A model generated the notes under the pieces. The model searched no databases. It saw only the letters and a program-made list of their open reading frames with translations, and had not been told where the DNA came from. A stretch of DNA of 64,000 bases. It comes from Myxococcota bacterium. Lineage in GTDB: Bacteria; Myxococcota_A; UBA9160; UBA4427. Below, one piece after another: positions 21,549 to 31,195 of this stretch (the first letter of the stretch is position 1; every line of letters starts with the position of its first letter). The translations under genes and the position numbers were made by a program. Location of the stretch: contig OZ252299.1 in assembly GCA_965250285.1 (NCBI GenBank), positions 4,960,001 to 5,024,000 on the forward strand. The letters are read 5' to 3'.

Positions 21549-24254
21549 GGCAGGCAGCTCGACGACGAGCACGCTCTCGCCGGCCTCGGCTTCGTCGACC
21601 GAGAGGTCGCCGCCCTGCGACTCGACCAGTCGCTTGGCGAGCACCAGGTCGAGCATCGTCAGGTCGGGCACCGTCCCCTCGCCGTTGCCCGCCGGCACGC
21701 CGCCGTCGGCCGGGGCGCCTGGCTCGGCTGCGCGGGTGTGTCGGATGAGCACGCGCACCGAGGGTTCGCCTCCGTGGCCGCGCTCTGTGTACTTCGAGGC
21801 GAGGTACACGTCACCGCGCTCCGAGGCCTGCTCGATCGCGCGGTCGAGCAGCCCGGCGATCGCGTCTTCGACCTGCTCGGCGTCGGCGCGCACCATCGGC
21901 TGGGTGTGATCGAGCTCCTTGAGCACGAGCAGTCGCCGCGACTGAATCACGGGTCGGCGTTCGTCGAGCAGCCGATCGAGCAGGCGGGCGATGTCGACGG
22001 GTTCGGCCTTGCGCTGGCCCTCGGCCAACGACTGCAAGCGCGAGACGACGCGGTCGATGCGCTGAACGTCCTGCACGACAAGCTCGCGGAAGTGCGTGCG
22101 GAACTCGGGGTCGTCGTAGTGGTCGGGTAGCAGCTCTGAAAAGGTGCGGATCGACACCAACGGGTTGCGCACCTCGTGCGCGATGGCGCCGACGAGCTCA
22201 TAGAGGTCGGGGTCGATGCCGTCTTCACGGGCGGGTGGCGGCGCATTGGCCCCGCGCGTGGCGTCCTGATCGAAGGGCTCGTCGAACGGCAGGGCCTCCT
22301 CGGCCAGCTGGTGCGCGACGGCGTCGCCCTCGGCGGCGTCGGGGAGGGGGCGGACCGGCGGCGCAAGTGGCTCGACGTCGGGCAGCAGCTCGGCGACCGG
22401 GCTCGTCGCGGGTTCGAGATCGGAGCGGGCGTCGATGGGGCCGGTCTGGACGGCGAACGGCTCGGGGTCTTCGATCAGCTCGACGTCTGCGAAGAGCTCG
22501 TCGAGGTCGTCCTCATCGCCGATCGGCTCGGCGCCGATCGATGACCCCAGGTGATCGTCGGGCGACGCTTCGACGGCCACCGGTGACGCCTGTTCGCCGA
22601 GCGGCGACGCCTCCTCTGCGAACGGCGAAGCTTCTTCTCCGAGCGGTGACGCGTGTTCGCCCAGCGGTGACGCCTGTTCGCCGAGCGGGGACGGTTCGGC
22701 GTCGAGCAGCTCGGCCTGGGGGAGCCAAGCGTCGTCGTCGGCTTCGAGATCGTCGTCGAAGCCTTCGTCGGGAAAGAGGTCTTCCTCTTCATCGGCCTCG
22801 ATCCCGGCTTCGAGCTCGACCGATGCGGCGTGATCCGCGACGAGCGGCGCGCGAAGCTCGTCGTCGAGGGCTTCGGCCGAGATCGGCGCGGCACCCAACG
22901 TGGCCTCGTGGCCGACGTCGAGATCGTCTTCGTGGCCCGAGCGGGCGCCGGGGTCGAGATCGGCGAGGCCGTCGATCGGTTCGCCCGCGATCGGCACCGC
23001 GAGCGTCTCGGGGCTGGGGCGCGGAAACGCCGTCGGCCGATCGATCTCGCTCTCTTCGGGGGTCGCGTCTGCGTGCCCGGCGTCCTCGAGGTGCAGACCG
23101 CGATGCGCGGTCTCGGGCTCGAGGTCGCTGCGGCCGAGTGGCTCGTCGAGCCACGGCACGTCGGCGGGGAACCGCAGGTGGATCGGCTCGATCGGGTCGG
23201 CCTGCGTGAACGACAGGGTGCGCGTCACGACGGCCTCGAGCTCGTGGAGATTGCCGGGCCAGGGATACGCCACGAGCTTGGCGAGCGCGTCGTCGCCGAA
23301 GCGGCGCGGTGACTCGCCGCGGGCGCGGGCGAGGGCAGCGGCCGTGTCGGCGACGAATGTCGTGAGGTGCGCGCGACGCTCGCGCAGCGGCGGCAAGACG
23401 ATGGTGAGACCCGACAGCGTCTCGGCCAGGCGGGTGTCGAGACCGGGCTCGAGATCGAGGTCGTGCGCGCCCGCGACGCTCGCCATGAAGCGGTGCCCGT
23501 GTCGACTCGCGCCCGCGTCGGGCAGCCCGAACTCGATCCAGTCGCGCAGACGACGCTGCAACGCGATCGGCAGACGGTCGACGTCTTCGAGGTGGAACGT
23601 GAGCAAGCCGTCGCGCGGCGCCAGGTCGCCGACGCTCGCGAGTCGCAGCAGCTCGCCGGCGCTCATGTCTTCACGACACGGAATCTGAATGAACGTGTGC
23701 TCGGGTCGGCCGCTCGATAAGTGGATGGTGCGTGCGAGCAGCCCGCGCCCCGTGCCCGCCTCCCCGTGAATCAGCACCGGCACCCGGGCGAGGTGCGGGT
23801 CGAGCGCGCGCATCATCTCGGGCAGCTCGAGATCGCCGAACCAGCGCGCGAAGCGCGCCTGCACCTCGGCGCGCCCCTGCCGCGCGCTGAGAGGCGAAGC
23901 GCGGCGATGCTGCACGGCGGCGCGGAGCGCCCGGCGCAGGGTTCGGGCCTCGGGCGGATGCACGAGTACGCGACCGGGGAGCGTGTCGAAGAGCCGCCGG
24001 GCTTCGTCGACGTCGCCGGCTTCGGCGAGCAGGATCCAGTCGCAGTCGGCTCCCTTCGCCGCGTGTCTGTGTACGAAGTCGAGCTCGATCTCGAAGTCGC
24101 CGCTCAGTCCGAGGACGACGACGGTCGGCGCCTCGGCTGCCTCGAGCACGCGGTCGCCGGGCGCAGCCAGTACGGCTCGCTCGCCGACACCGCTGATGCG
24201 CGCGATGGCCGCGCGGGCTTCGGCGTCTCGGTGGATGATCCAGATGCTCAGCAT
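21543..24254 (-). CDS. multidomain signalling protein: degenerate REC + degenerate sigma54 AAA+ + acidic linker + HisKA + degenerate HATPase
   Basis: Start trimmed to MLSIWIIHRD (ATG 24254). GEAGTGRG, HLEDVDRL, LPPLRER, YPWPGNLHEL; D/E-rich linker; AHEVRNPL H-box; LAKRLVESQGG. Confidence 0.85.
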   Translation of the reverse strand: MLSIWIIHRDAEARAAIARISGVGERAVLAAPGDRVLEAAEAPTVVVLGLSGDFEIELDFVHRHAAKGADCDWILLAEAGDVDEARRLFDTLPGRVLVHPPEARTLRRALRAAVQHRRASPLSARQGRAEVQARFARWFGDLELPEMMRALDPHLARVPVLIHGEAGTGRGLLARTIHLSSGRPEHTFIQIPCREDMSAGELLRLASVGDLAPRDGLLTFHLEDVDRLPIALQRRLRDWIEFGLPDAGASRHGHRFMASVAGAHDLDLEPGLDTRLAETLSGLTIVLPPLRERRAHLTTFVADTAAALARARGESPRRFGDDALAKLVAYPWPGNLHELEAVVTRTLSFTQADPIEPIHLRFPADVPWLDEPLGRSDLEPETAHRGLHLEDAGHADATPEESEIDRPTAFPRPSPETLAVPIAGEPIDGLADLDPGARSGHEDDLDVGHEATLGAAPISAEALDDELRAPLVADHAASVELEAGIEADEEEDLFPDEGFDDDLEADDDAWLPQAELLDAEPSPLGEQASPLGEHASPLGEEASPFAEEASPLGEQASPVAVEASPDDHLGSSIGAEPIGDEDDLDELFADVELIEDPEPFAVQTGPIDARSDLEPATSPVAELLPDVEPLAPPVRPLPDAAEGDAVAHQLAEEALPFDEPFDQDATRGANAPPPAREDGIDPDLYELVGAIAHEVRNPLVSIRTFSELLPDHYDDPEFRTHFRELVVQDVQRIDRVVSRLQSLAEGQRKAEPVDIARLLDRLLDERRPVIQSRRLLVLKELDHTQPMVRADAEQVEDAIAGLLDRAIEQASERGDVYLASKYTERGHGGEPSVRVLIRHTRAAEPGAPADGGVPAGNGEGTVPDLTMLDLVLAKRLVESQGGDLSVDEAEAGESVLVVELPAA
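22560..22695 (-). repeat. in-frame 21-nt repeat encoding ASPLGE(Q/H/E), about 6 copies
   Basis: PSPLGEQASPLGEHASPLGEEASPFAEEASPLGEQASPVAVEASP. Confidence 0.85.
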
Positions 24255-24732
24255 GGGTCGGGTCGGAATCAGGACCTGGCTCTCGTCGGGCGAGGGCGCA
24301 GCGAAGGTTCGACGCTCGCCGATCGAGTCACTCGACTCGACGCGAAACGCCGCTCGGCGTCCTCCAGAAGTGGTGTGGAACAGTCCTTCGTGGCGAAGCA
24401 CGTGTGAGCGCGCGGAAGATGATGCGCGCTCGTCGGCAACCGCTGCGCAGCGAGCGTGCAGGTGCTCTCCCGGCGCTCGATGCTTCGCGTGCGATCGGAA
24501 CCGGCGCTCGGTTCGGCTCGTGCCCCGGCTCCTCCCAGGCGGTCGGTGATGGGCTGTGTGTGGGCCACGCGTGTCATGCGAGTGTGCGGCCAGAGTACCC
24601 GAATCGGGGCCAGGCATGGCGCGCCGAAGGGCGGCCCGCAGGGCCCGCGGGGGGCCTCTGGGCGTCAGCCTCGGTAGGATGGGATGGTCCCGCTTCGTGA
24701 ACCCCCGACCGCTGCCCGGTGCCGAGAGGTGC

Positions 24733-25773
24733 ATGCCGATTCGCCCGCTTCCTTCCTTCTCTCTCTGTCCGAGCGTCGGGGCCATCCGACGAGCGTGGGC
24801 GCTCGCCCTGGTCGCGCTGGCGCTCTCGGTGCGGCCGGCGTGGGCCATCGATCTCGAGGGCGAGTGGTACGTGCTGGTGCACTCCGAGGTGCGGCCAACG
24901 CGTGTCGCGGGCGGCATCGAAGACGCACCTCCGCCCGGCCTCGAGTACCGCGACAGCGTCTGGATCTTCGAGAAGCAGGCGGAGGGGCTCAGCTGGACGG
25001 TCATCCCCCAGGTCGCTTTCGTCGATGAGACCGGTCGCTACGAGCAGATCCACGGGGAGCGCGCGCGCTTGCGGTCCCCGTGGCGCCCGTCGGCCAGCCA
25101 GCTGGCCGAGATTCGCAAGGGGCTGGTGCTCGACAAGCGGACCGCGCGCGCGAAGATGCTGCGACGGCGCGGTGCCGATGCGTTCGAGTCGGGCGAGATG
25201 GCCCGGCCGAGCGGCGCGTCGTCGGTTTCGTTCGGGGAGCGCTGGACGCTCGAGGGGTTGGATGGCGCCCCCGTGTTCACCCACGCGGCGTCGCTCTCGT
25301 CGGGCCGCAGCGACACGCTTCGCGGCATGACGCGCTGGAGCGCCGACCAGGTCGACGAAGAGGCCGGTCGGATCGAGGGGCACTATCAGCGCGACGGCAG
25401 CGAGTTCGGTCGCTTCTACATGTTCAAGCGCGGCGATGCCCACCCGAGCGACGCCGGGTTCGCGGCCGAATCCGAGGACGAGTCGCTCTTCGGACCGGGA
25501 GGGACGGCACGCACGTCGGTCGCCTCTCTGCAGGCCTCCCTCGATGCCCTCTCGAAGGCAACTGGCGACGAGGAGACCGAGCTGCGCACCCAGATCCGCG
25601 CCGACATTCAGTCGCTCGTCGAAGCGGCGTACACGCGCCAGGGCAAGGGCGTGCGCGTGTACCGGGCCCAGATCGAGCAGATCGTCGACGAGATCGAGCG
25701 CCTCTGCGTCGTCGAGGGCGTCTCGCTCGAAGAGATCGACCGCCGCTTCGAGGCGAAGGCGCTCGGTCAGTGA
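24733..25773 (+). CDS. hypothetical exported protein
   Basis: GAGG RBS; signal peptide RRAWALALVALALSVRPAWA; beta-rich N-part and helical C-part; GC3-biased codons. Confidence 0.75.
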   Translation: MPIRPLPSFSLCPSVGAIRRAWALALVALALSVRPAWAIDLEGEWYVLVHSEVRPTRVAGGIEDAPPPGLEYRDSVWIFEKQAEGLSWTVIPQVAFVDETGRYEQIHGERARLRSPWRPSASQLAEIRKGLVLDKRTARAKMLRRRGADAFESGEMARPSGASSVSFGERWTLEGLDGAPVFTHAASLSSGRSDTLRGMTRWSADQVDEEAGRIEGHYQRDGSEFGRFYMFKRGDAHPSDAGFAAESEDESLFGPGGTARTSVASLQASLDALSKATGDEETELRTQIRADIQSLVEAAYTRQGKGVRVYRAQIEQIVDEIERLCVVEGVSLEEIDRRFEAKALGQ

Positions 25774-26252
25774 GCGAGGGCGCGCCTCCGCTCGTGCGCC
25801 GGGCCGCGCTGCACGAGCTCGATCGCGTCGCCGCGCTGTGGACCGCGATCACGCAGCACCACGAGCCGATCGACCCCGTCTTCCGGATGCGCGTCGACGC
25901 CGACGTCGCGGTCCGCGAGCTGCTCGGTCAGATCCACCGCGACGCGCATTCGGCCATCTTCGTCATCGACGAGGCCGGAGATCTGCCGGGCATCTGCATC
26001 GTCCGCATCGACTCGGCACCGCCGATCATGGTCGAGGACGAGCGCGCCGAGATCACCGACCTCGGCGTTCGGCCGGCCGCGCGTCGCCGGGGCCTGGCCA
26101 CGGCGCTCGTCGAGGCGGCGCTCGCCTGGGTGCGTTCATGCGGCGTCGAGCGCGTCGAGGTGCACGTGGCGAAAGCCAACGCCGAAGGCCAGGCGTTCTG
26201 GCGGGCGCGTGGGTTCGGCGATCTGATGGACGTGCTGCAGAAACGGCTGTAG
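25770..26252 (+). CDS. GNAT family N-acetyltransferase
   Basis: LGVRPAARRRGLATAL (motif A) and NAEGQAFWRARGF; GTGA overlap with the upstream gene. Confidence 0.9.
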   Translation: MSEGAPPLVRRAALHELDRVAALWTAITQHHEPIDPVFRMRVDADVAVRELLGQIHRDAHSAIFVIDEAGDLPGICIVRIDSAPPIMVEDERAEITDLGVRPAARRRGLATALVEAALAWVRSCGVERVEVHVAKANAEGQAFWRARGFGDLMDVLQKRL

Positions 26253-26358
26253 CCTCCGCCGTCGCGCGCTCCCCGGCCCCGTCTCCATCTGACCCCGCCG
26301 ATCCGGAACGTCCTGCCCGACGCGCGTCGTTCGGTCGGCCCTCTCGCGAAGCCACGCC

Positions 26359-27714
26359 ATGACTCCCCCGACCGATTCCCGCCCGCTGAACCCCCTCGCG
26401 AAGCAGCTGAACGACGACCTCGAGCAGGCCGCGCCCGAAGTCTTCCGCATGCTCTCGGCGTATGGCCGACGCCTCTACTTTCCGAAGGGCATCCTCTCGC
26501 AGAGCGCGGAGGCCAAGGAGAAGGCGCACCGCTTCAACGCGACGATCGGCATCGCCACCGAAGACGGTGGCCCGATGTACCTCGATAGCGTCCAGCGGCA
26601 CCTCGGTGACATCGACCCGAAGGACGCCTACCCGTACGCGCCGGCGCCGGGTCGCCCGGGGCTCCGTGAGCTCTGGCGCGAGAAGCACCTCGCCGAGAAC
26701 CCGAGCCTCGAGGGCAAGGCGTTCGGCCTGCCGATCGTGACCGCCGCCATCACCCACGGGCTCTCGCTGGTGGGGGCGCTCTTCGCGGACGAAGGCGACG
26801 CGATGCTGCTGCCCGACAAGCTGTGGGGCAACTACCGGCTGACCTTCGAGGTCGACTACGGCGCGAGGATCGAGACCTTCCCCTTCTACCAGGGCGAGGG
26901 CTTCGACACCGAGGCCTTCGCGGCGGGCCTCGCCGCGGCGAGCGAGGGGCGCGACAAGCTGATCGTGCTGCTCAACTTCCCCAACAATCCGACGGGCTAC
27001 ATGCCGACCCCGGCGGAGGGCGACGCGATCGTGGCCGCCCTCGAAGCGCAGGCGAAGGCGGGGACGAAGCTCGTCGTGGTGACGGACGACGCCTACTTTG
27101 GGCTCTTCTTCCATCTGGGCGGTGAGTCGATGACCGAGTCGCTCTTCGGTCGGCTCTGTGGACTGCACGAGAACCTGCTCGCGGTGAAGCTCGACGGCGC
27201 GACCAAGGAGCTCTTCGTCTGGGGGCTGCGGTGCGGCTTCGTGACCTACGGCCCGGGGCGACCGGACACCGCAGACGAGGTCTGCCGGGTGCTCGAGCAG
27301 AAGACGAAGGGGGCGATCCGCGGCGGCGTGTCGAACGTGCCGCAGCTGTCGCAGGCCCTCGTCGAGAAGGCGCTCGCCTCGTCGACCATCGATGAAGAGC
27401 GCAAGCAGAAGTGCGAGACCCTGCGCGCGCGGGCCGAGCGCGTGTACGAGGTCGCGAACGAGCCCCGTTTCGCCGAGAGCTGGAAGGTGTACCCGTTCAA
27501 CAGCGGCTACTTCATGTGTGTCGAGCTGAAGGACGTCGACGCCGAGACGCTGCGTGTCCATCTGCTCGACCAGCACGGCATCGGTCTCATCGCGACCGGC
27601 GCCCACGACCTGCGCGTCGCGTTCTCGTGCCTCGAGGTCGACGAGGTCGAGCCGCTGTTCGAGGCGCTGCATCAGGCCGTGAACGAGCTCAACGCCGCCC
27701 GCCGCGCCGACTGA
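26359..27714 (+). CDS. PLP-dependent aminotransferase class I/II
   Basis: NATIG, LNFPNNPTGY, TDDAYFG, KLDGATKE (PLP Lys), LRVAFS. Confidence 0.92.
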   Translation: MTPPTDSRPLNPLAKQLNDDLEQAAPEVFRMLSAYGRRLYFPKGILSQSAEAKEKAHRFNATIGIATEDGGPMYLDSVQRHLGDIDPKDAYPYAPAPGRPGLRELWREKHLAENPSLEGKAFGLPIVTAAITHGLSLVGALFADEGDAMLLPDKLWGNYRLTFEVDYGARIETFPFYQGEGFDTEAFAAGLAAASEGRDKLIVLLNFPNNPTGYMPTPAEGDAIVAALEAQAKAGTKLVVVTDDAYFGLFFHLGGESMTESLFGRLCGLHENLLAVKLDGATKELFVWGLRCGFVTYGPGRPDTADEVCRVLEQKTKGAIRGGVSNVPQLSQALVEKALASSTIDEERKQKCETLRARAERVYEVANEPRFAESWKVYPFNSGYFMCVELKDVDAETLRVHLLDQHGIGLIATGAHDLRVAFSCLEVDEVEPLFEALHQAVNELNAARRAD

Positions 27715-27790
27715 CCGGGCGCGCGCCGCTGCGTCACCCGCGCCTCAATCGTCGTCGCCGGGCGATCATCCCGCTTGCGTCACCGGCGCG

Positions 27791-29230
27791 TCAGTCGTCG
27801 TCGCCGGGCGACCATCCCGCTGGCAGCTCTTCGAGGATGCGCGCGGTCAATCGCCCGCTCTCGATGAGCTGCTCGATCCGAACGCGCTCGTCGACACCGT
27901 GGATGCCCGCGCTGTCGGCGGCGCTCAGGCGGCGCGGCACGAACCCGTACGAGACGATGCCGAGCTCACGAAACCAGTGCGCATCGGTGAAGCCCGCCGT
28001 GAGGCGCGGAACGACGATCGCCTCGCTGTCCTCGACCTCGGCGACGCGCTCGATGGCGCGGAAGAGCGCGGTCTCGGGCGATGAGCCGACGGAGGGGAAC
28101 GCGAGGAGCGGTGTCACCTGCACGCGCTCGTCGGCGATCACGCGGCGGATCGACTGCGTGAAGTCTTCGCAGCGTTCGCCCGGGAGCAGACGCGCGTCGA
28201 GATGCGCCATCGCCCGCGCCGGTACGACGTTGGTGGTATGGCTGCCCTCGAGCACGGTGATCGACACCGTGTTGCGGACGAGCGCGTTCCAGCCCGGGTT
28301 CGCGAGGAAACGACGCTGGAAGGGCCCCTTCGAGACGACGGCGGCCTTCAGCTCCGAGAAGCCCGCCCGGTCGTCGGGGGGAGCGACCGGTGCCATCGCG
28401 GCGAACTGCTCTTCGACGATGGGCAACACGCGAATCGGCGACTCGATGCGGCGCACGCGATCGAGGGCGGCGACGAGCCGGGGCACAGCATGGTCGGGCG
28501 ACGGTGCCGAGCCGTGGCCGGGGCGACCGTAGGCCTCGACTTTCAGCCAGCAGGGGGACTTCTCGTTGACCGTGACGCCCCAGACGCTGCGTCCGCGCGC
28601 CATGGGGCGGATCCCGCCGCCTTCGGTCAGCAGGAACTCGGCGTTGCCCAGGAGCTCGGGCCGCTCGCGCGCAACGTAGCCGGCGCCGAAACGTCCCCCG
28701 GTCTCTTCGCCCGGCGTGGCGAGCAGGATCACATCGCGTGCGATCGGATGCTCGCGCCCGGCGAGCGCGAGCAATGCGAGGATGTGCGCCACGGTCACGC
28801 CCTTGGCGTCGAGCGCGCCGCGCCCGTGCACCCAGGTTTCGTCGATCACGCCTTCGAAGGGCGGGATCTGCCACATCTGTGCGTCGGCCTGGACGACGTC
28901 GAGATGCGAGAGCAACACCACCGGTCGGCCCAGCCCCGCGCCTTCGACCCGGGCCCAAAGCGCCGCGTGGATGCCGCGGCCACTCGGGTCGGGCGTATCG
29001 ATGACCCGGGCTTCGATGCCCAGACCCGCGAGCCGCTGGGCGAGGAACTCGGCGAGTGCGCGCTCGCCATCGACGCCGCTGACCGTCGGCAGTCGGATCG
29101 ACTCGCGCAGCAGCTCTGCGCCGAGCGGCGGCGCGCTCTGTGCGGCAGCCGGCGTCGGCACACTGATCGAGACGAAGAAGGCGGTCGGCCACAAGAAGAG
29201 AAGAGAGAGAAGCTCGGGTCGCAGCAGCAC
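27791..29230 (-). CDS. M20/M25/M40 family metallopeptidase, exported
   Basis: SHLDVV, GRGALDAKG, PGEETGG, GFTDA, HGVDER; signal peptide ending PAAA. Start uncertain. Confidence 0.88.
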   Translation of the reverse strand: MLLRPELLSLLFLWPTAFFVSISVPTPAAAQSAPPLGAELLRESIRLPTVSGVDGERALAEFLAQRLAGLGIEARVIDTPDPSGRGIHAALWARVEGAGLGRPVVLLSHLDVVQADAQMWQIPPFEGVIDETWVHGRGALDAKGVTVAHILALLALAGREHPIARDVILLATPGEETGGRFGAGYVARERPELLGNAEFLLTEGGGIRPMARGRSVWGVTVNEKSPCWLKVEAYGRPGHGSAPSPDHAVPRLVAALDRVRRIESPIRVLPIVEEQFAAMAPVAPPDDRAGFSELKAAVVSKGPFQRRFLANPGWNALVRNTVSITVLEGSHTTNVVPARAMAHLDARLLPGERCEDFTQSIRRVIADERVQVTPLLAFPSVGSSPETALFRAIERVAEVEDSEAIVVPRLTAGFTDAHWFRELGIVSYGFVPRRLSAADSAGIHGVDERVRIEQLIESGRLTARILEELPAGWSPGDDD

Positions 29231-29512
29231 GACGCTGCGTGCAAACCGAGGGGAACGGACGACAGTCGGTCGCGGGACGCGGCGATTCGCCCACGGCCTT
29301 TCGCGCCGGCCACCGCACACGTCGGGCGCGTCGCTGCGCACGTCGCATGACCATTCCGCAGAGCCGCGATTCTTCCCTCGGGGCTGCAATTTTCTCTCCG
29401 GAATCGGGTGCGACCTGCCGATATGAATTCGTGGGATGGGTCAGGTCCTTGGGTGCGATGTTGCCGGCTAGTGGCTAACTATAACGCCCGACCATCCCCC
29501 AGGAGAACCCGG

Positions 29513-30958
29513 TTGACGCCCCCTCCGGTCACGACACGATTGCGCCGTGAACTCGCGGCACCCGGCCAGAACGGCTGCAGAACGCAGCGCTGGCTCCGCC
29601 TCACCGCACTCGCCTTCCTCTTCGCGTGCATCTCGGTCACGCTGCCGCTCGCGCCATTCGCCTTCGACCCGGTCGACGATCGCAAGCGAGCCGACGACAC
29701 ACCGCCGGTGTCGCTGCCGCCGCCCTGGGTCATCGATGGTGTCGAGCGCCCCGGTGTCGTCGCCGAGTACGAGCCCGTCTCGATCGACGATCTGCCCAAC
29801 TACCAGAAGCACCCGATCTACGGCCCCGAACCGCCGCCGTCGTTGACCGTCGTCACGAGCGGCAAGCTCGGCCGAGGCCAGTCTCTCGGTCGCGCCCTGC
29901 GCGAGCACGGCATCAAGCCGTCGATCATCCACGTGATCGACCGCGAGATGCGCCCCACCTTCGACTTCCGCCACTCGCGACCCGGCGATCGATACCGCCT
30001 CGCCCAGGACGCCGACGGCAACCTGGTCGACTTCGTCTACATCAACAAGCCCGAGTCGAGCTACCACCTCAGCTGGAACGGCGAGGGCTACGTCGTGAGC
30101 GAGGAGCCCTCCGAGCTGCAGGCCGAAGCGGCGACCATCGCCGGCAGCATCGATTCGTCGCTCTACAAGGCGATTCGCGGCCTGGGTGAGCGTACGGCGC
30201 TGGCCAACGACTTCGCCGACCTCTTCGCCTGGGACATCGACTTCAGCCGCAACGTGCAGCCCGGCGACCGCTTCTCGATCCTCTACGAGCGCCTCTACCG
30301 CACCACCGCCGATGGCGAGCGCGAGTACGTGCGCCCGGGGCGGATCCTCGCCGCGCAGTACAGTGGCGACGTCGGAGATCATTCGGTGGTGCTGTTCGAG
30401 AAGGATGGGCGCGAGCGCTACTTCCGCCCCGATGGCAGCTCGATCGAGCGCGCCTTCCTCGCCGCCCCCCTCAAGTTCAGCCGCATCAGTTCGCGCTTCA
30501 CGAAGGCGCGCGCGCATCCGATCCTCAAGATCACCCGCCCGCACAATGGCATCGACTACGCCGCGGCCGCCGGCACGCCGATCTGGACCGTCGCCGACGG
30601 CACCGTGATCTTCCGGGGCAAGGCCGGCGCCTCGGGCAACCTGGTCAAGATCCGCCACCTGAACGGCTACGTCTCGTACTACGCCCACCTCTCGCGGTTC
30701 GCAGACGGGCTGAAGGTCGGTCAGCGGGTCTCGCAGAAGGAGGTGATCGGATTCGTGGGCTCGACCGGGCTCTCGACCGGGCCCCATGTCTGCTTCCGGG
30801 TCCAGAAGAACGGCATCTACGTCGACCCTCAGGAGATCGCGAGCCCGGCGGGCCAGCCGATCACCGAGGAGGTGTGGCCCGAGTTCCGCCAGCAGCGCGA
30901 TCTGCTGATGACCGACATGGGCGGGGGTGCCCTCGCCGCGGCCGATGAGGCCCTCTAG
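29513..30958 (+). CDS. M23 family peptidoglycan DD-endopeptidase (MepM/OapA-like)
   Basis: AGGAG RBS plus TTG; TM helix; FAWDIDF, RISSRF, HNGIDY, YAHLS, STGPHVCF. Confidence 0.9.
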   Translation: MTPPPVTTRLRRELAAPGQNGCRTQRWLRLTALAFLFACISVTLPLAPFAFDPVDDRKRADDTPPVSLPPPWVIDGVERPGVVAEYEPVSIDDLPNYQKHPIYGPEPPPSLTVVTSGKLGRGQSLGRALREHGIKPSIIHVIDREMRPTFDFRHSRPGDRYRLAQDADGNLVDFVYINKPESSYHLSWNGEGYVVSEEPSELQAEAATIAGSIDSSLYKAIRGLGERTALANDFADLFAWDIDFSRNVQPGDRFSILYERLYRTTADGEREYVRPGRILAAQYSGDVGDHSVVLFEKDGRERYFRPDGSSIERAFLAAPLKFSRISSRFTKARAHPILKITRPHNGIDYAAAAGTPIWTVADGTVIFRGKAGASGNLVKIRHLNGYVSYYAHLSRFADGLKVGQRVSQKEVIGFVGSTGLSTGPHVCFRVQKNGIYVDPQEIASPAGQPITEEVWPEFRQQRDLLMTDMGGGALAAADEAL

Positions 30959-31104
30959 GGCCGCCTGCAGGCCTCCATTCAAGTTTCAGTGCGCTCTCTG
31001 GCGCCTCGACCGACGCGCCCGGGCGCGCGGCCCAGGTGTCGCAATTCGCATGGGCCGAATCGGGCCCATCACCGCGGCATCTGAGAAAGCTGTGCGCGGC
31101 CCAA

Positions 31105-31146
31105 GGGGCCGAAGGCCGTGCACGCGGGGCCGAAGGCCGCGCACGC
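31105..31146. repeat. 21-bp direct repeat, 2 copies
   Basis: GGGGCCGAAGGCCG(T/C)GCACGC twice in an intergenic region. Confidence 0.75.
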
Positions 31147-31195
31147 GAAGGGGCGCCGACCGGGTCGTTTCGAACCCGGCGGCGGAGGACCTCGA

